A DNA stretch of 64,000 nt. Origin: an uncultured Gemmatimonadales bacterium (lineage in GTDB: Bacteria > Gemmatimonadota > Gemmatimonadetes > Gemmatimonadales > GWC2-71-9). The first letter of the stretch is position 1; each line of letters opens with the position of its first letter. Positions 38,151 to 47,078 of this stretch are shown here, piece by piece. Position numbers and translations under genes: made by a program. The notes under the pieces were generated by a model that saw only the letters and a program-made list of their open reading frames with translations, did not search any database and was not told the origin of the DNA. The stretch is from positions 2,112,001 through 2,176,000 of the forward strand of contig CAVUAK010000001.1 in the NCBI GenBank assembly GCA_963739455.1. Direction: 5' to 3'.

Positions 38151-40283
38151 CTAATGAATTGGTTGCAGGTTGATCCGGATCGCCTGCGCGATCGAGTCCG
38201 CCAGCTCCGCCTTCGGGAGGTCACCCTTGGTGCGGAGCGTCACGCCCAACCCCCGGTAAAGTACGGCATACAACTGGAGGATGGATGACGATGGCGGATC
38301 CACCCAACCGCGCGGGCGCGGGCGCGCGATCGAGCGCCAGTGGTACACGTTCCAGAGCAGGTAGTTCGTGCGCGGAAAGTCCATGAGGCCGAGCACCGGG
38401 TTGTCCACCAGTGAATCGCTGATGGAGGTGGCCGGGCTGGTCATGAGCTTCCGGACCATACCCTGCGTGACCAGGTACTGGCCCAGGCCCAGGGTCTGGT
38501 CGGGATACCCGCCATCGCTCCACGAAAAATAGATCGGCCGCTTGCCGAGGTTCTGCCGGATGATGGCGACGACGGCGAGATCCTGCAGCATGAGGTAGTC
38601 AGCGTTGAAGCGGATCTGCACGCTGTCCACCTTGAGTCCCGACCCCTTCTGCACCTGCATGTACTCCGGCAGGCTGTCGAGCTGGGCCTCGGTGAACCCG
38701 AAGACCGGCTCCGTGGGGTGGGCCCAGCGCGCCACCGCCGTGCTGGCGCTCGCGCTCGAGTCATTGCCCCAGAGGGAAACTGAGCGGCTCACGTCGAACA
38801 CCGGCGTCTCGCGACGCCGGAGCTGCCGCAGGTGCCAGCGGGTATTGAGCAGCGAGAGGTTCGCGAGGGTGACGTCGGGCCGCACGCCCTCTACCTCCTG
38901 CGCATACCAGAGGGGGAAGGTGTCGTTGTCGCCGGCGGTAATGAGGATGCCGTACGGCTCCACCGATTCGAGGAGGTCGACCGCGAAGTCGCGCGCCGCG
39001 GTTTCGTGAGCCCGGCTCGCCGTCGCGTGATTGCCCATGAGCGGAATCAGCCCGAGGAGCAGCACCGGGCTCGCCGCCACCCACCCCGCCTTGCCGTCAC
39101 CCTTCTTCATGCTGTCGGCGATGAAGCGCATGAGGCCGCCGATGCCTCCCGCCACGAGCAGGCCCCACGCGGCAAACGACGCCACGAAGAAGTAGTCCCG
39201 CTCGCGCACTTCACGCGGCAACTCCGGCTGGTCCGGATGCATGGAGTAGCCGTACTTGAAGTTCAGGTAGAACACCAGCAGCGGGATGAGCGTGAAGAAG
39301 AACACCAGCACCATGGCGGCGTTGCGCTTGCTGGTGCGCCAATAGGTGATGATGCCGAACAGGCCGAGCGTGGTGAAGATGGCGGTGGCGATACGACTCC
39401 AGCCGCCCCAGTCGCGCGCGAACTGCCACGACCAGTACTGCCAGTAGTTCTGGAACTGCGAGAACAAGTCTGCCTGGCGCTGGTCGATGCCCGGCTTGGC
39501 GTACTGGACGCGGTTGAGGACGTCGCTCAGCGCCTTGCTGAAGAACCCGATCGGCTCGCCCTCGTTGATGGCGGGGAACTGCGCCGCCCGGATCGGCATG
39601 TAGATGTAGTTGATCGAGATGCCGACCACCGCGGCAGCGATGACCGCAACCCAGAGCCACGGCTTGAGGACGACCCGCCAGTCGGTCCACAGCACGTATA
39701 CCGCAACCGCAGGCGCCGCGAGTACGCCCATCATGTGGTTGGTGGAGCTCAGTGCCAGCACGTAGGCAATGAGGACCAGCCAGCGATCGCGCCGCGGTCC
39801 CTCCGGCTCGTCGCCCCAGTGGACGCACAGCCACATCACGATGGCGATGGAGAGCAGTGAGACGGTATAGACCTTCTCGTTCACCGTGGACTGGTTCCAC
39901 ACCGTCCAGCTCATGGCACTCACGAAGATGCCGGCGAAGGCCGCGCCGTACCGGGCCCACTTCACCGGCACGACCGGGCGCAGCCACCGCTCGGCGACGA
40001 GGAACCAGAGCCCCGCGGCTGTGGCACTCGTTACAGCTGCGAAGAGGTTCACGCGCTGCGCGTACGACGCCGCGAGTGGCAGCAGCGCAAACACGTGCGC
40101 CATCAGGGTGAAGAGCGGGTTTCCCGGCGGGTGGGGAATGCCCAGCACTTTCGCGGCAGCGATGTACTCGGAGGTATCCCAGAAGGCCGTGGTGGGGGCC
40201 AGTGTGGCGAGATACACGCCGAGCACGACAGCCGCCGCAAGCGCGGCGGCAAAGTAAGGCGGGCGGGAGGACTCAGTCTGCAA
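38151..40283 (-). CDS. DUF2723 / TMEM260-like GT-C membrane glycosyltransferase
   Basis: TLAPTTAFWDTSEY, LGIPHPPGNP, EVRERDYFF, GDNDTFPLWYAQEVEG, NLSLLNT.W. Confidence 0.88.
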   Translation of the reverse strand: MQTESSRPPYFAAALAAAVVLGVYLATLAPTTAFWDTSEYIAAAKVLGIPHPPGNPLFTLMAHVFALLPLAASYAQRVNLFAAVTSATAAGLWFLVAERWLRPVVPVKWARYGAAFAGIFVSAMSWTVWNQSTVNEKVYTVSLLSIAIVMWLCVHWGDEPEGPRRDRWLVLIAYVLALSSTNHMMGVLAAPAVAVYVLWTDWRVVLKPWLWVAVIAAAVVGISINYIYMPIRAAQFPAINEGEPIGFFSKALSDVLNRVQYAKPGIDQRQADLFSQFQNYWQYWSWQFARDWGGWSRIATAIFTTLGLFGIITYWRTSKRNAAMVLVFFFTLIPLLVFYLNFKYGYSMHPDQPELPREVRERDYFFVASFAAWGLLVAGGIGGLMRFIADSMKKGDGKAGWVAASPVLLLGLIPLMGNHATASRAHETAARDFAVDLLESVEPYGILITAGDNDTFPLWYAQEVEGVRPDVTLANLSLLNTRWHLRQLRRRETPVFDVSRSVSLWGNDSSASASTAVARWAHPTEPVFGFTEAQLDSLPEYMQVQKGSGLKVDSVQIRFNADYLMLQDLAVVAIIRQNLGKRPIYFSWSDGGYPDQTLGLGQYLVTQGMVRKLMTSPATSISDSLVDNPVLGLMDFPRTNYLLWNVYHWRSIARPRPRGWVDPPSSSILQLYAVLYRGLGVTLRTKGDLPKAELADSIAQAIRINLQPIH

Positions 40284-40297
40284 GGTGAAACTCCAGT

Positions 40298-41827
40298 TTA
40301 GTGCCTGAACATCCGTGTGCCCGTCACGACCATCGCCATGCCCAGCCGATTGGCCGCCGCAATCACCTCGGGGTCGCGTACTGAACCACCGGGCTGAATG
40401 ATCGCCGTGATGCCTGCTGCCGCTGCTTCCTCGACGCCGTCGGCGAAGGGGAAGAACCCGTCGGACGCGAGCACGCTGCCGGCGGGATCGTGCCCGGCGC
40501 CGCGTGCCTTGTGAATAGCGAGGAAGACGCTGTCCACGCGGCTCATCTGCCCGGCGCCGATGCCGATCGCCTGCTCACCGCGCGCGAGGAGGATCGCATT
40601 GGACTTGACCGACGCGATGGCTGGCCACGCGAAGCGGAGCCCGTCCCATTCGAGATCGGTCGGGGCGCGCTCGGTGGGAACCGTCCAGCCGGTCTCATCG
40701 GGATCGAGCACCAGCCGGTCCTGCACGAGGAATCCGCCGCGCACCCGCTTGAAGTCGAGTGTGCCGATGCCGGTGCTGATGGGAAGCTCGATGATGCGAA
40801 GGTTCTTCTTGCCGGCGAGCACCTGCATGGCGTCGTCGTGAAACGATGGCGCCACGACCACCTCGAGGAAGAGGTCCTTCATCGCCAGGGCCGCCTCGCG
40901 GGTCACCACGGTGTTGAAGGCCACGATGCCACCGAACGCCGACACGGGATCGCAGGCGCGGGCACGATCGAAGGCCTCCTGCGGCGTCGTGCCGAGCGCC
41001 ACGCCACACGGCGTGGTGTGCTTCACGATGCAGCAGGCGACGCGCGTGCTCCAGCAGGAGACGGCCCACATCGCGGCGTCGATATCGAGCAGGTTGTTGA
41101 AGGAGAGTTCCTTCCCCTGCCGCTGGGCGAGGTCGCGGGTACCGCGCGGTTCCTCGGTGACGTAGAGCGCGGCGCGCTGACCGGGGTTCTCGCCATACCG
41201 CAGCGACATCAGCCGCTCCATGGTCAGGCTGAGGCGACCTGGCAGGCCTTCCTCCACCGGGGTGAGGAAGCGGGCGATGGCGCCGTCATAGTCGGAGAGG
41301 TGCGCGAACACCTTGGCGGCGAGCTCACGCCGAGCCACCGGGTCCACGCCACCCTCGCGCAGCTTGTGCAGCACGATGGGATAGTCGAGCGGGTCGGCGA
41401 CGACGATGACCTGGGTGTGGTTCTTCGCGGCAGACCGGAGCATCGAGGGGCCGCCGATATCGATGTTCTCCACCGCATCGTCGAAGGCCACGCCCGGCTC
41501 GGCCACCGTCTGCTGGAAGGGATAGAGGTTGACCGCGACGAGGTCGATCGGCTGGATGCCGTGCTTCGCGATGGCTGCGCGATGCTCGGGAAGGTCGCGC
41601 CGCGCCAGGATGCCGCCGTGCACGGCGGGGTGCAGGGTCTTCACCCGCCCGTCGAGCATCTCGGGGAAGGCAGTGACCTGCTCGATCCCGATGACGGGAA
41701 TCCCCGCCTCCCGGAATGCCGCCGCCGTGCCGCCGGTGGAGATGATCTCCCAGCCGAGCTCGACCAGGCCCTGGGCGAAGGCAATGGCTCCGCGCTTGTC
41801 GCTGACGGAAATGAGGGCGCGAGGCAT
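40298..41827 (-). CDS. purH: Bifunctional AICAR transformylase / IMP cyclohydrolase
   Basis: ALISVSDK, GRVKTLHP, IDIGGP, LRYGENP, KSNA, SRVDS, IIQPGGS, FRH. Confidence 0.98.
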   Translation of the reverse strand: MPRALISVSDKRGAIAFAQGLVELGWEIISTGGTAAAFREAGIPVIGIEQVTAFPEMLDGRVKTLHPAVHGGILARRDLPEHRAAIAKHGIQPIDLVAVNLYPFQQTVAEPGVAFDDAVENIDIGGPSMLRSAAKNHTQVIVVADPLDYPIVLHKLREGGVDPVARRELAAKVFAHLSDYDGAIARFLTPVEEGLPGRLSLTMERLMSLRYGENPGQRAALYVTEEPRGTRDLAQRQGKELSFNNLLDIDAAMWAVSCWSTRVACCIVKHTTPCGVALGTTPQEAFDRARACDPVSAFGGIVAFNTVVTREAALAMKDLFLEVVVAPSFHDDAMQVLAGKKNLRIIELPISTGIGTLDFKRVRGGFLVQDRLVLDPDETGWTVPTERAPTDLEWDGLRFAWPAIASVKSNAILLARGEQAIGIGAGQMSRVDSVFLAIHKARGAGHDPAGSVLASDGFFPFADGVEEAAAAGITAIIQPGGSVRDPEVIAAANRLGMAMVVTGTRMFRH

Positions 41828-41853
41828 GGGCCTAGTGTGAGGCGAGTAAGGGT

Positions 41854-42435
41854 TCAATCACGACGGGGAAGTCCCGCGCGCGCGGTGGCGAGCACGACCG
41901 CGGGCAGCAGCCGGTGCTCCTGTTCCAGTACCCGCGAGGCCAGGATCTGGGCGGTGTCGCCGGGGAGGACGGGCACACGTGCCTGGGCCAGGATCATTCC
42001 GCGATCGTACTCCTCTTCCACCAGGTGCACGGTGCAGCCGGTCTCGGCGGCACCGCTCGCAAGGACGGCCTCGTGCACGCGGATCCCGTACATGCCCTTC
42101 CCGCCAAAGTCGGGAAGCAATGCCGGGTGCACGTTGATGATGCGGCCGCGATAGCGCGCGATGACCGCGGGCGGCACCAGCTTGAGAAAACCGGCCAGGA
42201 CGAGCAGGTCCACCGACTCTGCCTCGAGTGCGTCGATCCATTCGGCGGCGCTGCGCCAGTCCTTGAGCGCCACGGCGGTGACCTTCCGCTGCCGCGCCAG
42301 GTCGAGAGCAGGGGCTTCCGCGCGGTCGCTGAGCACCAGGACAACCGTTGCTTCGTCGCCGTTTCCGAGGCTCTTGAAGAGCGCTTCGAGATTGCTGCCC
42401 CGCCCCGAAACCGCTACCGCAACCCGCATTGGCAT
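41854..42435 (-). CDS. purN: Phosphoribosylglycinamide formyltransferase
   Basis: SGRGSNL, LAGF, NVHPALLP, GCTVH, YDRG, EH. Confidence 0.96.
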   Translation of the reverse strand: MPMRVAVAVSGRGSNLEALFKSLGNGDEATVVLVLSDRAEAPALDLARQRKVTAVALKDWRSAAEWIDALEAESVDLLVLAGFLKLVPPAVIARYRGRIINVHPALLPDFGGKGMYGIRVHEAVLASGAAETGCTVHLVEEEYDRGMILAQARVPVLPGDTAQILASRVLEQEHRLLPAVVLATARAGLPRRD

Positions 42436-42576
42436 GGCGGAAGAAGGTAACCGACGGACCCTCGTTCGCCTAGCCGACGGCGGGCCCGTCGCGGGGCCGC
42501 CTGAAACGTGCAAGCTCAAGCGGCAGAAGGGCCTAGGGGTTGGGTGTCCGGCGGGGCGTCGGGCCGGTGCCGAGAT

Positions 42577-42592
42577 CGGTACGAACGTTGCC
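42577..42592 (+). promoter_or_regulatory. Putative sigma54 -24/-12 promoter
   Basis: CGGTACGAACGTTGCC = GG-N10-GC, about 52 nt upstream of ATG 42644. Confidence 0.5.
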
Positions 42593-42643
42593 TTGCTTGG
42601 CTCCGACAGTCACGTCAAGCCACACCTACGCAGCGAGGACACA

Positions 42644-43498
42644 ATGTTCGCATCGAGGTTCCGGCGGTTCGGCGCCGGACTCGCGCTCAGCGCAGTCGCG
42701 GTGCTTGCCGGTTGTGACACGCCGGAACCACTTGCCACGACGTCTGGATCGATCTCAAACCTCGTCACCAATGTCTCGGTGCGTGGCGGCACGGTGGCGG
42801 GCGTGATGCAGGAGGGTGTGGTGCCGACGGGAACGCTTGGACCGACGGCGTCGGTTGCCGGCATCACTGCGGCCGTCAACGGTGGCTCGGCGGCGATGGA
42901 TGTGGCGGGCTCGGGTGCCTACACGCGCCTGCTGGTCAGCGCGGCCGGAACAGACGACTACTACTCCGTGCCGCTGCCCAGCGAGAGCTCGCTGGAGAAT
43001 GTCGTCGTTTCGCTGTCGCCCGGCGTCAACGGGAGCCAGATGCGACTGCGCTACGCGCTGGAAGACGCCAACGGAGTCGGGCCACAGTTCGAGCAGACGC
43101 TCCGCATCGTTCATGCGGGCAGTGGCGACTTCCAGGCGAGCGTGGCATGGACCGGCGCGAGCGACCTCGACCTGCACGTCTTCGATCCGAGTGGCGAGGA
43201 AGTCGCCTATACCAATCCCACCGGCGCCTCGGGCGGCACGCTCGATATCGATTCGAACGCCGCCTGCCAGATCGACAATACCAACGTCGAGAACATCTTC
43301 TGGCCGCTCAATCGCGCGCCGACCGGTCAGTACCGGGTTGAACTCAACTACTACGATGACTGCAACGTTGCGCGCTCCGACTGGGTGGTGACGGTGCTGC
43401 GCAGGGGGCAAGCGCCCGCCGTGACAACGGGCAGCTTCTCCGGCGTAGTTGAGCCGGGGGTGACGCCGCCGGTGGTGATCGGGAACTTCATCTACTGA
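42644..43498 (+). CDS. Lipoprotein with YfaP/DUF2135-like C-terminal domain
   Basis: Lipobox LAGC; W...SDLDLHVFDPSGE, GTLDIDSN, ENIFW, GQYRV. Confidence 0.75.
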   Translation: MFASRFRRFGAGLALSAVAVLAGCDTPEPLATTSGSISNLVTNVSVRGGTVAGVMQEGVVPTGTLGPTASVAGITAAVNGGSAAMDVAGSGAYTRLLVSAAGTDDYYSVPLPSESSLENVVVSLSPGVNGSQMRLRYALEDANGVGPQFEQTLRIVHAGSGDFQASVAWTGASDLDLHVFDPSGEEVAYTNPTGASGGTLDIDSNAACQIDNTNVENIFWPLNRAPTGQYRVELNYYDDCNVARSDWVVTVLRRGQAPAVTTGSFSGVVEPGVTPPVVIGNFIY

Positions 43499-43525
43499 TC
43501 GCTCGTCGATCAGACTGAGACATAA

Positions 43526-43572
43526 ACGAGCCGGCGTGTCGCCTTCGGGCGCGCGTCGGCCTCGTGCTTTCT
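43526..43572 (+). terminator. Hairpin with cTTCGg loop after the lipoprotein gene
   Basis: ACGAG-CCGGCG..CGCC-TTCG-GGCG..CGTCGG-CTCGT followed by GCTTTCT. Confidence 0.5.
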
Positions 43573-43631
43573 GGGCGTTAGGCGTTGGGCGTTGGGCGTT
43601 GGGCGTTGGGCGTTGGGCGTGAGGACTTGAA
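43572..43631 (+). repeat. Heptamer tandem repeat (TGGGCGT, seven units) running into two 8-bp units
   Basis: tgggcgt taggcgt tgggcgt x5, overlapping GGCGTGAG GACTTGAA. Confidence 0.9.
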
Positions 43632-43640
43632 GTAACTGCA

Positions 43641-43665
43641 GTCATTCTGAGCGAAGCGAAGAATC
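43641..43665 (+). repeat. REP-like short palindromic element
   Basis: GTCATTCTGAGCGAAGCGAAGAATC with an ATTCT/AGAAT stem; resembles a GTCAT-type extragenic repeat I recognise; single copy here. Confidence 0.5.
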
Positions 43666-43683
43666 GCCCTGCTACCTTCCATC

Positions 43684-44670
43684 ATGCTTCATATCCGCTG
43701 CGGTACCGACATCCTATGGAAGCTTGACGACGCCGGGATTCCCGGGCGCAAGCTGAGCTGGTCCGACCCGCTGTGCGAAGGGCCGGTGCCGAGCGCCGAC
43801 CGTGGCGCCCTGCGGCCCATCCGCGCCGACTGGCTGGCGCGGCACTACGGAATCGAGCGCGATTCCGACCTCAAGGAACTCACCGACGCTGATGCGGTGG
43901 TGGACGCCGCAGGGAGCCAGGACGAGGTGGTGCTCTGGTTCGAGGCGGACCTCTTCGACCAGGCCATCCTGCTGCACCTGCTGCCGCGTGTCGCGGATGC
44001 ATGTGGCACGTCCACGCGGCTCTCCCTGGTGACGCTGCACGAGTATCCAGGCATGAAGCGATTCATCGGGTTGGGGCAGCTCACTGCGGCGCAGCTTGCA
44101 GAGCTCTTCGTCCGACGCGTGCCAGTCTCTCCCGAGATGACGGCCGCTGCGCGAGAGGCCTGGACCGCCTGGGTTCACCCGACGCCGGAGCTGCTGGCCG
44201 GGATCGCGTCGCATGCCACGAGTCCAATGACCTACCTGCCTGCCGCCACTCGACGCCTGCTCGAGGAGCTTCCCGACTCGCGCACGGGCCTGAGCCGGAT
44301 CGAGCGACAGGGACTCGAAGCGGTTGCGGGGAAGGCGCCGTCGCTCCATGCGGCGTTCGCGGCATCACAGGACGCGGAGGAGCGCCCCTGGCAGGGAGAC
44401 TCCATGTTTTTCGCGGTGATGTGGGAGCTGACCCAGGGAGCGGTGCCGCTGCTCGCGGCGGATGGCGGATGGCCGACGCTTTCTGATGGCCGTCGAAACC
44501 CGAAGCTCTCGCTGACGGCGAAGGGGCGGGCAGTACTTCAGGGCGATATGGACTACTGGAGCGCGGCTGGACGGGAGCGCTGGGTTGGCGGCACGCGCCT
44601 CGGCACAGGCGCCGCGAATTGGCGCTGGGACTCCTCGATCAATGCCCCCCGCCGCGCGGAGACGCGCTAG
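43684..44670 (+). CDS. DUF1835-like protein
   Basis: LHIRCG, W.DPLCEGPVP, VVLWFEADLFDQ, FIGLGQL, GLSRIE, RWVGG. Confidence 0.75.
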   Translation: MLHIRCGTDILWKLDDAGIPGRKLSWSDPLCEGPVPSADRGALRPIRADWLARHYGIERDSDLKELTDADAVVDAAGSQDEVVLWFEADLFDQAILLHLLPRVADACGTSTRLSLVTLHEYPGMKRFIGLGQLTAAQLAELFVRRVPVSPEMTAAAREAWTAWVHPTPELLAGIASHATSPMTYLPAATRRLLEELPDSRTGLSRIERQGLEAVAGKAPSLHAAFAASQDAEERPWQGDSMFFAVMWELTQGAVPLLAADGGWPTLSDGRRNPKLSLTAKGRAVLQGDMDYWSAAGRERWVGGTRLGTGAANWRWDSSINAPRRAETR

Positions 44671-45212
44671 CGCGTAGACAGTGCGCGCGCAACAGCAGTA
44701 CCCAGGTCTGCCACCTGCTCGAACCCCGCCTCCGTAATGGCCGTGTCTTCCGTGCGCGCTCCCGTCAACACATGCAGGGCACGGCCCCCGAGCGCCCGGG
44801 CCGGCGAGAGATCGCGCAGCCGGTCTCCAATGAACCAGCTCTGGACCGGGTCAGCGCCTAACCTCGCAATGGCTTCGCGATACAACTTGAGGCCCGGCTT
44901 CCGGCACTCGCAGGGACCGCTGATGGGAGGGAAGTGCGGGCAATGGAGCTGGAGGTCGAGGCGGGCACCGGTGGCGGCGAGCTGCCGCTCGAGCTCGCGC
45001 GCCACCAGCTGGTAGTCTCCCTCTGAAATGATGCCGCGTGCGATGCCGGACTGGTTCGTGACCACAACGACGAGCCATCCGGCGGCATTGGCCCGCGCCA
45101 CCGACTCCGCCGCGCCAGGGAACAGGACCACTTCATTCGGGCTGCGGACGAAATCGGTATCGACGATCAGCGTGCCATCGCGATCGAGGAAAAGGGCGGG
45201 CCTGGTGCTCAC
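44667..45212 (-). CDS. gmhB: D-glycero-D-manno-heptose 1,7-bisphosphate phosphatase (HAD IIIA)
   Basis: FLDRDGTL, VTNQSGIARG, CPH..CECRKPG, IGDR..D. Confidence 0.85.
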   Translation of the reverse strand: MSTRPALFLDRDGTLIVDTDFVRSPNEVVLFPGAAESVARANAAGWLVVVVTNQSGIARGIISEGDYQLVARELERQLAATGARLDLQLHCPHFPPISGPCECRKPGLKLYREAIARLGADPVQSWFIGDRLRDLSPARALGGRALHVLTGARTEDTAITEAGFEQVADLGTAVARALSTR

Positions 45213-45664
45213 ACCGGGACGGCCTGGGACGCGAGATACTCCGAGCGGCGGCGATTCATTTCCTCTGGGGCGACATCCTCTACGTGCGTGGCGATCCACC
45301 ACTGGTTACCAGCCTGGTCGGCAACCCCGCCCATACGATCGCCGTAGAACTGGTCGGCCGGTTCCATGAGCGACGTCGCGCCGGCAGCGATAGCGCGCTT
45401 GAAGCTGGTGTCGCAATCGGGCAAGTAGAGGAAGATGGCGCACGGCATCGGCTTCCACTGCTCCGTGGCCTCGGCCATCATGATGCGCGAATTACCGATC
45501 TGGAGCTCGGTATGCATGATGGTGCCGTCGGGGCGCAGCATCGGTGGTATCGTCGACTTCGCGTCGAACACCGTCTCCAGGAAAGCGATCGTGGCCGGAA
45601 GGCCCGAGACGATGAGGTACGGCGTAATGGTGTGGTAACCGGGGGGAATGGGCTGGACTGGCAT
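45209..45664 (-). CDS. VOC / glyoxalase-bleomycin resistance family protein (PhnB-like)
   Basis: GYHTITPYL, MHTELQIGNS, DQFYGDR.G.V.D..GNQWWIATH. Confidence 0.9.
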   Translation of the reverse strand: MPVQPIPPGYHTITPYLIVSGLPATIAFLETVFDAKSTIPPMLRPDGTIMHTELQIGNSRIMMAEATEQWKPMPCAIFLYLPDCDTSFKRAIAAGATSLMEPADQFYGDRMGGVADQAGNQWWIATHVEDVAPEEMNRRRSEYLASQAVPV

Positions 45665-45724
45665 AGCGGACTCCGGAGTTTGGCGTGAAGCGACAGGCAC
45701 AACGGTCATCCCTCAGCGCCGGAT

Positions 45725-45753
45725 ACGATACCGAACAAATCCCGAACACACAA
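45725..45753 (-). promoter_or_regulatory. Sigma70-type promoter with a GTTC-N7-GTTC direct repeat in the spacer
   Basis: Minus strand TTGTGT-GTTCGGGATTTGTTCGG-TATCGT. Confidence 0.55.
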
Positions 45754-45794
45754 GACCCGGCACGTCGAACTCGCGCCGGGATGCCCACCCCACA

Positions 45795-46028
45795 CTAGAC
45801 GTGATCGGCGATCCCGTGCACGCCGTGATCCCGGGCGCAGTGGGCGCAGCAATAGAAGATCCCTTTCGCCTCGATGCCGTGGCCGATGATCCTGCAGCCG
45901 CAGTGTGCGCACTCCGGGGCGAGCTTGTGAATTGCGCACTCGAAGCTGTCGAAGGTGTGCGTCTGGCCGCCTGCGATCACCTGGAACGCGAGGTGGTAGT
46001 CGTTTCCGCACACGTCACACTGCGCCAT
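45795..46028 (-). CDS. Small Cys/His-rich metal-binding (metallothionein-like) protein
   Basis: CDVCGN, FDSFECAIH, CAHCGC, YCCAHC; GGAGG RBS. Confidence 0.8.
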   Translation of the reverse strand: MAQCDVCGNDYHLAFQVIAGGQTHTFDSFECAIHKLAPECAHCGCRIIGHGIEAKGIFYCCAHCARDHGVHGIADHV

Positions 46029-46096
46029 GGGTCCTCCTCGTAGGGGTCTGACATAGCTACCCCGGGCGGCGAGGCCAGATACTCGCCGGAGGCTCC

Positions 46097-46750
46097 TCAG
46101 CTGCCGAGTGCGTAGTATCGGTCAGCCAGGGCGGTCCATGGTATGGTCAGCCAACCGATCAGCGCGAACCAGCCGATTGCCCGCTCGCTTGGCGGTGGCG
46201 GTGACAACGGCCCGGCCAACCACATGGCCGTGCTTACCAGTATGAACGACCAGAGGGCAACAGGCCCTACCCACCGCGTCGCCTGGCGCGGGCCGAGATA
46301 GAGCAGAATGCCCACAAGCCAAAGTGCACCCTCGACGGCAATGGTGACGCCGATCGAGTTCCACATGCCGAGTCCGAAGCGCGGTGAGTCGCCCGGCCAC
46401 AGCGGCATGTCGGGAGCGTGGGTGAAGAAATCGAGCAGCCAGTGGCTCATCACCAACAGTGCGAGCAACAGTGCGGTCCGGGGTGCGATCCCGCGCCAGC
46501 GCGCGATCCCGGCCAGGATGCCTCCCCACGCGGCCGCCATGAGCAGGCTGTGCGACCAGGGATACGAGTCGAAGACCAGTGGCGTGAAGGCGGTGGCGCC
46601 GGGCGCGATGCTGACGTGCTCGAGCCCGAGTAGCACGAAGATCGGCCACACGAGGTCGAGCGTGGTCACCGCTGCGACGTACCAGCCGAGCGAGGGCGTG
46701 GGATCCAGCCTCTTGCTGGCGAAGGCGAGTGCGAGGTGGCCGACGAACAT
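46097..46750 (-). CDS. Membrane-bound metal-dependent hydrolase-like protein
   Basis: MFVGH, YPWSHSL, SHWLLD...H.PD. Confidence 0.75.
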   Translation of the reverse strand: MFVGHLALAFASKRLDPTPSLGWYVAAVTTLDLVWPIFVLLGLEHVSIAPGATAFTPLVFDSYPWSHSLLMAAAWGGILAGIARWRGIAPRTALLLALLVMSHWLLDFFTHAPDMPLWPGDSPRFGLGMWNSIGVTIAVEGALWLVGILLYLGPRQATRWVGPVALWSFILVSTAMWLAGPLSPPPPSERAIGWFALIGWLTIPWTALADRYYALGS

Positions 46751-46753
46751 GGA

Positions 46754-47047
46754 TCAGCCCCTGTCGTGGGTGTCGCGCGTGTTGAGCCAATAGTAGAACG
46801 GCAGGCTGAACCCGAGCCCGCCAAGGAACGAGAACGCGACGAACCATGGCCAGCGGAAGCGACCGACGGGATGGCGCGCGAAGTAGACCGTCAGGACAAT
46901 CAGGGCGAGCAGCGCATCAAGAATGAAGCCGAGTGCCAGCTTGTCCTGCAGCACGGCGCCAAGTCCCTGGTACTCGACGAAAAGCCAGTAGAGAAAGAGT
47001 CCGTTCGGGACGAGCAAGCCGAATAGAGCGACGAGCAGCAGCCACAT
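46754..47047 (-). CDS. Small membrane protein (DUF2834-like)
   Basis: Three TMs, GGLGFSLPFY. Confidence 0.6.
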   Translation of the reverse strand: MWLLLVALFGLLVPNGLFLYWLFVEYQGLGAVLQDKLALGFILDALLALIVLTVYFARHPVGRFRWPWFVAFSFLGGLGFSLPFYYWLNTRDTHDRG

Positions 47048-47078
47048 GGTCAGGTACCTGCCAGTTCAGGAGTCATCG

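Noticed and set aside
42436..42643. ZMP/ZTP riboswitch upstream of purN-purH
   Set aside because: I could not find the conserved pfl-motif segments; a covariance-model search would be decisive.
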